DNA of 5,664 nucleotides, taken from positions 1 through 5,664 of IMG/VR virus record IMGVR_UViG_3300045988_001410. One strand, written 5' to 3'. This DNA is from a virus. The translations under genes were made by a program, and so were the position numbers. Positions 1 to 4,908 of the stretch are shown here, one piece after another (positions within the stretch are counted from its first letter, which is position 1; every line of letters starts with the position of its first letter). The notes under the pieces are model-generated. The model did not search any database. It was not told the DNA's origin and was given only the letters and a program-made list of their open reading frames with translations.

Positions 1-55
1 TGCCATCCATATAGAATCATGTGGTAATGTGGCCGTGCTGTCTGTTCTCCGTATT
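1..55. repeat. Terminal direct repeat, 55 nt, identical to 5610..5664. It is the overlap of a circular assembly, giving a genome unit of 5609 nt.
   Basis: By direct comparison, tgccatccatatagaatcatgtggtaatgtggccgtgctgtctgttctccgtatt occurs at both ends of the window. The rep reading frame is continuous across the implied junction. Confidence 0.95.
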
Positions 56-386
56 CTCCTGCTACAAAATAGCGTAATTTGCCCCTATAAGCCTTTCTGA
101 GGCGTTTTAAGAATTTTTGAACGTCAGTATATAGTAACGTTTGAACGCTTTCAGGGCGCTTCTCTCCCGGCTTCCAGACGTATTGTACTTTTCGCATGAT
201 TTCGCCTGTGTTTACTATCATGCCTGGCACATGGTCATCGTCATAGGTTAGTGTTATAAACCAAACTTCTTCTCTTGGATAGTCTCGTGCTTCTAATTCT
301 ATTCGTGTTGTCCAGTCTTCCCTTTGTCTAATTCTGCATCCGATGCATTGCCCGCATGGTATCAACATGACATCTTTTCTATACAT
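1..386 (-). CDS. VP4: Replication initiator protein VP4 (HUH rolling-circle endonuclease), N-terminal 128 codons. It continues across the circular junction into 5609..5099, for 298 aa in total.
   Basis: Hand translation from the ATG at 386..384 gives MYRKDVMLIPCGQCIGCRIRQREDWTTRIELEARDYPREEVWFITLTYDDDHVPGM...RYFVAGEYGEQTARPHYHMILYGW. It carries PCGxCxxCR, the FITLTY motif 1 and the HYH (HUH) motif at 21..29. The frame matches the tracked ORF 5099..5629. No clear SD precedes 386, and an alternative ATG lies at 368. Confidence 0.9.
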   Translation of the reverse strand, partial: MYRKDVMLIPCGQCIGCRIRQREDWTTRIELEARDYPREEVWFITLTYDDDHVPGMIVNTGEIMRKVQYVWKPGEKRPESVQTLLYTDVQKFLKRLRKAYRGKLRYFVAGEYGEQTARPHYHMILYGW

Positions 387-407
387 CAAATTTTCATACT
401 TTAGCTG

Positions 408-458
408 TTGCCCGCTTATTTCAGAAAAGCGGGCAAGTGAATACACCCGCCCGCTTAT
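408..458 (-). promoter_or_regulatory. Three-part repeat able to form two mutually exclusive hairpins in the VP2-VP4 intergenic space. It is a possible weak terminator or attenuator, or an ssDNA structure.
   Basis: gcccgcttat occurs at 410..419 and 449..458, with an inverted copy aagcgggc at 427..434. Pairing option 1 is 408..417 with 427..436 (10 bp, 9-nt loop). Pairing option 2 is 427..434 with 449..456 (8 bp, 14-nt loop). In minus-strand RNA, option 2 is followed by UUCU, giving GCCCGCUUUUCU. Confidence 0.45.
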
Positions 459-505
459 GTCTTTATTTTCTGGGTTGTACAGCCTTATTAACGGTTTGTA
501 ACAAC

Positions 506-1375
506 TCATTTCAAATAATCGCCTGGCTTTCTCTTTTCTCCGTATGCTCCAGTTTTGTCTTGTGGCTTCATGCTTCTGCTCTGTCCTGCGCCTTGGCTTT
601 TTTCTGGCTTTGTTGTTGCTTTTTCGATTGCTTTGCTTGTGTCGTTTCCGACTTCTGTAAGTGCTTTTTGCAGTCCGTATGGCGTCATGTGTGTTGAGCT
701 TAGCATCTGCTGCCAGCTCTCTGCAGCATTGTACCAGTCACTTTTGCTCCAGCTTGAACTAGAGTATGCGTTTGGTACAAATCCTCCGCTTCGGCTAACT
801 CCTAGTGCGCTGCTGCTTGCAAGTCCCATACTTGCACCGCTGATTGTGCCGGCGCTTCCGCCCGGTGTGCTTGCTCCCCCATTTGAGAATGCTAGGATAG
901 GGTTAAGCCCCGCTTTTCGCATGTCCTCAACGGCTCGCTGGTATGCTGTGTTTGACATGTGTTCCTGCCATTCACGGTTTGCTAGTGCTTCTGCACTGTT
1001 GTAGTTCATTGCTACGCTGTTTTCAATGTGGTTGTATACGCCTTGCATGATTGCTTGTAAGGTGTTGTAACCCATTTGTTTAAGCATGCTTTGACTGTTG
1101 TATTTACCTTGCATGGCTGCTTCTTGCCCTTGGTATGCGTATGCCTGTTTTAGCCAGTCGTTGACCTGTTGCACGTTTGTGCCGGCTTGACTTCCGCTTT
1201 CCGAGTGTCCGCCTCCTTGGCTTGTGCTGCCTCCGCTGCTTTGGCTATTGCCTGTCTGTCCCCATCCGCCAAACGCTCCGGCTACGTTTTTAGCTGCTCC
1301 TGCAACAGTTCCGATTGTGTTTGCTACGTTTCCCGCTACGTTTAGCGCTGTTAAGAATCTTGATAATGCGCCCAT
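506..1375 (-). CDS. VP2: DNA pilot / minor capsid protein VP2 (289 aa)
   Basis: The tracked ORF lies immediately downstream of VP1. Gly/Ser/Ala-rich low-complexity arms flank a conserved-looking core, NREWQEHMSNTAYQRAVEDMRKAGLNPILAF, which is typical of gokushovirus VP2. Confidence 0.85.
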   Translation of the reverse strand: MGALSRFLTALNVAGNVANTIGTVAGAAKNVAGAFGGWGQTGNSQSSGGSTSQGGGHSESGSQAGTNVQQVNDWLKQAYAYQGQEAAMQGKYNSQSMLKQMGYNTLQAIMQGVYNHIENSVAMNYNSAEALANREWQEHMSNTAYQRAVEDMRKAGLNPILAFSNGGASTPGGSAGTISGASMGLASSSALGVSRSGGFVPNAYSSSSWSKSDWYNAAESWQQMLSSTHMTPYGLQKALTEVGNDTSKAIEKATTKPEKSQGAGQSRSMKPQDKTGAYGEKRKPGDYLK

Positions 1376-1403
1376 TTAAAAATAGCCCGGATTTCTCCGG
1401 GCT
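1376..1403 (-). terminator. Rho-independent-terminator-like hairpin between the VP1 stop and the VP2 start
   Basis: The minus strand reads TAA GAAAGGAGGA AGCCCGGA GAAA TCCGGGCT ATTTTTAA ATG. This is a perfect 8-bp GC-rich stem (1384..1391 with 1396..1403), a GAAA tetraloop and a 5-T run (1376..1383) that abuts the VP2 ATG at 1375. The SD AAGGAGGA (1404..1411) lies upstream of the hairpin. Confidence 0.65.
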
Positions 1404-1413
1404 TCCTCCTTTC

Positions 1414-3093
1414 TTACAGTTTGTACAAGCCCGGTACGCTGTACAACGGCATCCGTCTTGTGGTTGCGTTTGCTATGCGGATCGCACCGAAAAATTGTGG
1501 CTCATTCTGGACGATTAACGTTCTTGCGATTTCTTCTTTTCCTTCTTTCATCCAGCCTTGTGACAGTGTCGGTGCGTTTGAATATTTGTCTGCATAGTGC
1601 CAGAAGTCTAATGTTCCTGTTGCATTGCTTCGCATTTTGCCGGATACCCGATTAGGCTTCATTCGGTAGTCTGCCCATGCTTCTTGGTATCCGAACGTTT
1701 CCTCATCCGTTGCATCGCCGGTTAACATGATTTCCTTCTTTTTTACCGGTTGCTCGCCCAGATTTGCAAACTGCGGTACATAGTAGTCCAGTCTGTCTTT
1801 TCGACTCCAGAAACGCTCCAAGCCTTGCTGGTAACTGTGATTGTGTCGTACACAACATACACCGATTATAAAGCCGTGCTCTTCAAATGATTTGGTAAAG
1901 CTGCTTTCGTTGATTGGCGTCACTGACATTGCGCCGGTTTCACCGATAGGCGTATCTTCTTGGCCCTGCTGTCCGCTTGTCTGTACAATCTGGTTGATAT
2001 TGATATGGTATCTGCCACCGCCAAGATATTCCGGCACTTGTACGGTTTTATCACTGATAACCACGTCCCACAGCGCCTGTACTTGTTCACGGTAACGGCT
2101 GCCACCTCTTGCCAGTGCTTCGTAGTATTGCTGTACTGCTACGGCTTTACGTAAGTCGTTGATGGTTGCTGCAGTTGTGTTGCTTAGGTTTGCGCCTAAA
2201 TAAGCCGTGTCGTCTACTTGTGCTGACGAGCTTGCGCTGCCTACTAATAGCCCATATCCTTTGTATTTTTCGTTTTGACTGTTTCCGATATGTGGCGCAA
2301 GTGCGTGTCCGCTTAGTGTCTGGTTCAAGAAGATTTCTTTGCGTCCCGTTGCCGTTTCAAACTCTTTTAGTGCTGTGTCTTTATACAATCCAACCGGTGC
2401 ATTACCAGTCAACGGCAGTGACGCTTCCGGCCCGCGCTGTGGATAAGGTAGGCAGCTTGTAAAGTAGTCGTGGAACTTATTTACAGGTAAGCATCGCCCA
2501 CCTGCAATTGCATTTTGCAGCATATCGTCAATATTTGCGCTTCTGTCTACGTAGGCTATGTCACTATCGTCTGTTTTGATTACTGCTGCGTTATCTACGT
2601 TTTCATCCCGGAAGTATTCGTTCCATATTTTTACGTATGCCCTGATAGGTAGTGCGTTGACACTGAAACTCTTTTTTACTTTTGTGGGCACTCCCATATA
2701 ATCTAGGATGCTTTCCTCTCTCGGTAGCCCTTCGTTTTCTGTGCCATTTATTTTAATTTCCGGCACTTTGTAATTTTTTACCGGCATCCATGGCTTATCT
2801 TCGACTTCTCCCATGAACTGTTTGAAATTATCCCACAGGATTCTGTTTGGACAGTAGAAGTAGTAGAAGTCGATGAATGCATCGTCGAAAACAGGATACT
2901 TTGGCGTCGTCATTCGGATGATTGCTGCTGTATTTACGTTGAATGTATCGCCTGGCAATACCTCGTCAACATAGAATGGAATCAGTTTGCCGGAATCGAA
3001 TGTCGTGAGAATTGTCTGGTCACGGTTGAATCGTGTTCGGCTTGCTTTCATTTCTGGAATTTGGTTGAAGTGCCGTTCATTGTTTCGGTTCAC
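1414..3093 (-). CDS. VP1: Major capsid protein VP1 (F-like jelly-roll capsid, 559 aa), with a GTG start
   Basis: This is the largest ORF. Its N-terminus, FNQIPEMKASRTRFNRDQTILTTFDSGKLIPFYVDEVLPGDTF, is characteristic of Microviridae capsid proteins. The start codon is GTG (complement of cac at 3091..3093), preceded by AAAGGAGGAAGAAAA. It overlaps the VP3 stop as GTGA. Confidence 0.93.
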   Translation of the reverse strand: MNRNNERHFNQIPEMKASRTRFNRDQTILTTFDSGKLIPFYVDEVLPGDTFNVNTAAIIRMTTPKYPVFDDAFIDFYYFYCPNRILWDNFKQFMGEVEDKPWMPVKNYKVPEIKINGTENEGLPREESILDYMGVPTKVKKSFSVNALPIRAYVKIWNEYFRDENVDNAAVIKTDDSDIAYVDRSANIDDMLQNAIAGGRCLPVNKFHDYFTSCLPYPQRGPEASLPLTGNAPVGLYKDTALKEFETATGRKEIFLNQTLSGHALAPHIGNSQNEKYKGYGLLVGSASSSAQVDDTAYLGANLSNTTAATINDLRKAVAVQQYYEALARGGSRYREQVQALWDVVISDKTVQVPEYLGGGRYHININQIVQTSGQQGQEDTPIGETGAMSVTPINESSFTKSFEEHGFIIGVCCVRHNHSYQQGLERFWSRKDRLDYYVPQFANLGEQPVKKKEIMLTGDATDEETFGYQEAWADYRMKPNRVSGKMRSNATGTLDFWHYADKYSNAPTLSQGWMKEGKEEIARTLIVQNEPQFFGAIRIANATTRRMPLYSVPGLYKL

Positions 3094-3488
3094 TTTTCTT
3101 CCTCCTTTGCTTTAGGTTCTATTGCTGGTTCTTCTTTTGCTGCTTTCTGCAGTTCTTCCAGCTTCATGGCGTTTGCCTGTGCTGTTGCAATCATGCGATG
3201 ATATTCGTGAATGTTCTGCGGAAATTCGGTGATATCAACTTCTGTTCCTTCCAGTGCTCCCTGTGACAGACTTTTCAGAAATTGCGGGTCAAAGCTCGCT
3301 TTTCTTACAATGTTTTTGATATCGCATTCGTCTGAATAGCTTTCGATTTCCTGTTGGATGTCGATTGGTTCGGTTTCTTGTAGCACTTCTTCGTTTTTCT
3401 CGTTTTTTGTCCAGACGTATTGTTTTCGGAGTGTATCTCCTGATGCCGAAAAGAAGGGCTCTCGCCCTTCTTCGTATCGTTTATTCAT
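3090..3488 (-). CDS. VP3: Internal scaffolding protein VP3 (132 aa from the ATG at 3488; the track extends it to 3542)
   Basis: It lies directly upstream of VP1. It is acidic, with the motif SYSDECDIKNIVRKASFDPQFL, which resembles the ECDINNIV block of gokushovirus VP3. The ATG at 3488 has a GGGAGGG SD 9 nt upstream and overlaps the VP5 stop as ATGAATAA. The ATG at 3542 has no SD. Confidence 0.8.
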   Translation of the reverse strand: MNKRYEEGREPFFSASGDTLRKQYVWTKNEKNEEVLQETEPIDIQQEIESYSDECDIKNIVRKASFDPQFLKSLSQGALEGTEVDITEFPQNIHEYHRMIATAQANAMKLEELQKAAKEEPAIEPKAKEEEK

Positions 3489-3720
3489 GTGGCTTGCCCT
3501 CCCAAATTTTCTCTTTCCAGTTCTGGAAAAGTCCCGTCTCATCTTCGAATTCTGCCAGTTTGTAACCTGTGTAGTCCTGCGGACTCTGCCCGATGAAGGT
3601 CTTTTCGTCCTTTGCCATTACGTTGCACATACGTGCGAACGTTGCATCGTTTTTGCTTTCGCCTACCCATGCATAGCATTTTGCTACATCGTCCCAGATG
3701 CCATAATAGTTGTGTTTCAT
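3481..3720 (-). CDS. VP5: VP5-like non-structural protein (79 aa)
   Basis: The pattern MKHNYYGIWDDVAKCYAWVGES..ATFARMC....PQDYTGYKLAEFEDETGLF matches my recollection of gokushovirus VP5 (N-terminal YD.ka..f, then P.D..L..iG.fDd.tG). The SD AAAGGAA lies 8 nt upstream. Confidence 0.7.
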   Translation of the reverse strand: MKHNYYGIWDDVAKCYAWVGESKNDATFARMCNVMAKDEKTFIGQSPQDYTGYKLAEFEDETGLFQNWKEKIWEGKPHE

Positions 3721-3737
3721 TGTTTTGATTCCTTTCT

Positions 3738-3839
3738 TTACATCCGGATTCCACCGCGCATAGGTTTCTGACTGAGGTTGATAGTTTTGGTCTTTCGTGC
3801 GGTTACGTTGAACATACGGCGGTCTTTTGTACCGTTCAT
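3738..3839 (-). CDS. Small, highly basic DNA-binding/packaging protein, J-like / gokushovirus ORF8(VP8)-like (33 aa). It is not in the supplied ORF track.
   Basis: Hand translation gives MNGTKDRRMFNVTARKTKTINLSQKPMRGGIRM*, with 9 K/R against 1 acidic residue. The C-terminal PMRGGIRM resembles the RGGxR(F/L) ends I recall for SpV4 and Chlamydia-phage ORF8. It starts 4 nt after the upstream stop, and its own stop is followed directly by the VP5 SD. No strong SD of its own. Confidence 0.6.
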   Translation of the reverse strand: MNGTKDRRMFNVTARKTKTINLSQKPMRGGIRM

Positions 3840-3843
3840 TTTC

Positions 3844-4068
3844 TTACGATATGCCATTATTGTTCTCCCTTTTCATTAATTCTAATTCGATGTTGTTTGC
3901 AAAGCTTTTCATTTGCCAAATTTCGTCTATTAGCCTTTTAGCATCTTCGATTTTTGACACTTTTTTAATCATTTTGTAACTTCCATCAATTTCTTTGTAT
4001 TTTCGTTCGAGTAGAATCTCTAGTGCTTCTGTGGTCTGGTCTCTTACGTTCCATGTTTTGTGCATCAT
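3844..4068 (-). CDS. Hypothetical protein, 74 aa, predicted helical and charged, with no TM segment
   Basis: The tracked ORF has the SD AAGGAG 6 nt upstream of its ATG, embedded in the end of the preceding ORF (GAAAAGGAGTAAACCATGATG). I recognise no motif. Confidence 0.6.
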   Translation of the reverse strand: MMHKTWNVRDQTTEALEILLERKYKEIDGSYKMIKKVSKIEDAKRLIDEIWQMKSFANNIELELMKRENNNGIS

Positions 4069-4071
4069 GGT

Positions 4072-4194
4072 TTACTCCTTTTCGCTTTCGTTGATGCTAT
4101 CATGCAGTGCATGATAGATTTCGTCAAGCTTTTCGAGAATCTGCATCATAATCCGGATTGCCTGCTTGACGTCTTTAATAGAAATCAGTGCCAT
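4072..4194 (-). CDS. Hypothetical small protein, 40 aa (MALISIKDVKQAIRIMMQILEKLDEIYHALHDSINESEKE). The tracked 71-aa form starts at 4287, inside the peptidase gene.
   Basis: The ATG at 4194..4192 lies 1 nt after the peptidase TAA (4196..4198) and is preceded by AAGGGGG. The longer start at 4287 has no SD and would overlap the peptidase by 92 nt. Confidence 0.45.
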   Translation of the reverse strand: MALISIKDVKQAIRIMMQILEKLDEIYHALHDSINESEKE

Positions 4195-4195
4195 T

Positions 4196-4588
4196 TTATA
4201 CCCCCTTTCTATATTTGCTGGTTCGTACATCGAAGTGTACCCAACTTCTGTATACGATAATGCCACATTCATCCGGTACAATTTCATTCAGTATGTTGGC
4301 TATCTGTTTCGGTGTCATTCCATTTATTCGGATGTCTGCTGCCATACCGCGCATGTGGTAGCTATATTTTGCTCCATTACATTTTTTGTTCCACTCCGGT
4401 GTTCTGTATCCGCTGGTGATAATTACCGGTTTTCCTAGTTTGCATCTTAGGATGTCCAGAACGGTATATAAGTAGTCGTCTATGAACACTACTGGACTTC
4501 CGTCTTTGCAAGCAAATTCTTTTACTTTGAAGTGTTTTGCAAGTTGTATATTTCCGTCAGTTTCTACAATGTAGCTTTTAATGCTCAT
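4196..4588 (-). CDS. Zinc D-Ala-D-Ala-carboxypeptidase-fold peptidase, M15 family (M15A / Peptidase_M15_3-like), a putative peptidoglycan hydrolase or lysin (130 aa)
   Basis: The sequence ...FKVKEFACKDGS...VIITSGYRTPEWNKKCNGAKYSYHMRGMAADI...WVHFDVR fits SGYR, the SxHxxGxAxD zinc-binding block and the distal H.D. The ATG at 4588 has the SD GAGGT 7 nt upstream. The tracked TTG at 4642 is part of the promoter -35 hexamer. Confidence 0.85.
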   Translation of the reverse strand: MSIKSYIVETDGNIQLAKHFKVKEFACKDGSPVVFIDDYLYTVLDILRCKLGKPVIITSGYRTPEWNKKCNGAKYSYHMRGMAADIRINGMTPKQIANILNEIVPDECGIIVYRSWVHFDVRTSKYRKGV

Positions 4589-4613
4589 GGCCGTTACCTC
4601 ACTTTTTGTTTTG

Positions 4614-4660
4614 ATAATATCATTTTTTTTGTCGCTTGTCAATTGTTTTTTGTTTTGAAT
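4614..4660 (-). promoter_or_regulatory. Near-consensus sigma70-type promoter (UP-like A-tract, -35, extended -10) driving the peptidase and downstream genes
   Basis: The minus strand reads ATTCAAAACAAAAAACAA TTGACA AGCGACAAAAAAAATGA TATTAT CAAAACAAAAAGTGAGGTAACGGCC ATG. The -35 TTGACA is at 4642..4637, the spacer is 17 nt, the extended TG is at 4622..4621, and the -10 TATTAT is at 4619..4614. Confidence 0.75.
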
Positions 4661-4674
4661 GGCGCTTTAGCGCC
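4661..4674. repeat. Short hairpin ggcgc-ttta-gcgcc, the first copy of the 10-mer CGCTTTAGCG
   Basis: A 5-bp stem with a 4-nt loop. The 10-mer cgctttagcg (4663..4672) recurs at 4868..4877. Confidence 0.6.
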
Positions 4675-4733
4675 TTGCCGTGCGTAGCGTATGCGGAGCT
4701 CGGCCTATCCATTCCTTGTAAGCGCTGTGCGCG

Positions 4734-4908
4734 TTTTCAACACTTTCAACACTTTCAACAGGTTTTCCACAAAATGTTGCACAATGATTTTCGTCATTTT
4801 GACAGACTTTCAACAATTCAACAAGTTTTTAACAAAACTTTTAACAGTGATTTTCTTCTTTTATTTACGCTTTAGCGTTAAATTTTAGCACTTTTCAACT
4901 TTTCCACA
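4734..4908. repeat. Array of about 12 degenerate 8-9-bp repeats (T-tract + CAACA/TAACA/CCACA/TGACA), including a 3x tandem 9-mer. Candidate iterons and/or intrinsically curved DNA.
   Basis: Copies: TTTTCAACA 4734, CTTTCAACA 4743, 4752 and 4807, TTTTCCACA 4763 and 4900, (weak) GTTGCACA 4776, ATTTTGACA 4796, ATTCAACA 4816, TTTTTAACA 4826, CTTTTAACA 4838, CTTTTCAAC 4891. Spacings between adjacent copies within each cluster are 9-13 bp; the clusters (4734..4783, 4796..4846, 4891..4908) are separated by longer gaps. Confidence 0.8.
4867..4878. repeat. Second CGCTTTAGCG hairpin (acgc-ttta-gcgt)
   Basis: The same 10-mer as 4663..4672. The two copies bracket the main block of the repeat array. Confidence 0.55.

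Noticed and set aside
1920-2105. Minus-strand 61-aa ORF nested out of frame in VP1, a possible E-like overprinted lysis gene
   Set aside because: It has no hydrophobic segment of the kind seen in phiX174 E and no SD that I could see. It is short enough to occur by chance inside a 1.7-kb gene.
3229-3243. Minus (coding) strand AGTTGATATCA inside VP3, resembling the phiX174 origin core ACTTGATATTA on the strand Rep would be expected to nick
   Set aside because: The exact match is only a 7-mer (TTGATAT), which is expected by chance at roughly this genome size. There is no flanking structure or repeats. It is kept only as an alternative locus to include in a Rep nicking assay.
3539-3754. Minus-strand 71-aa basic ORF overprinted on the mini-ORF and VP5 frames, ending in an ATGA overlap with the long VP3 form. 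Overprinting is common in phiX174.
   Set aside because: It begins with GTG (complement of cac at 3752..3754), has no SD and has no recognisable motif. The ATGA overlap involves the VP3 start that I consider incorrect. Conservation data would be needed to revive it.
437-4438. Plus-strand ORFs in the track (437..697, 555..1004, 1315..1518, 1458..1655, 1841..2095, 1960..2154, 2166..2462, 3358..3771, 3365..3565, 4060..4260, 4166..4438), several of them very hydrophobic and Cys/Leu/Phe-rich, superficially like membrane or holin proteins
   Set aside because: All lie antisense to motif-supported minus-strand genes. Their composition is what a T-rich antisense strand yields. None has a convincing SD or promoter, and known Microviridae transcribe one strand only.
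4705-4797. Minus-strand 30-aa ORF MTKIIVQHFVENLLKVLKVLKTRTALTRNG inside the repeat array, a cationic amphipathic helix that could be imagined as a lytic or membrane-active peptide
   Set aside because: No usable SD upstream, the LKVLKVLK part is just the tandem 9-mer read in frame, and it lies upstream of the only strong promoter. It is worth a glance in ribosome profiling, but the sequence alone does not support it.
4799-4827. Perfect TTGACA hexamer on the plus strand (4799..4804) within the repeat array, a possible antisense promoter
   Set aside because: The sequence 17 nt downstream (caagtt) is not a -10 element. The hexamer is one variant of the repeat unit, and nothing credible is encoded downstream on the plus strand.
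4636-4888. Plus-strand ORFs 4636..4875 (79 aa) and 4691..4888 (65 aa) inside the intergenic region
   Set aside because: Their translations (FQHFQHFQ, FNTFNTFN) merely reflect the 9-bp DNA repeats. They are on the non-coding strand with no SD. The region is better explained as structured non-coding DNA.
4882-4890. Extended -10-like TGCTAAAAT on the minus strand upstream of the repeat array
   Set aside because: No acceptable -35 lies at 16-18 nt (the best is TGGAAA at 13 nt). It could be a weak secondary promoter, but the evidence is a single 9-mer.
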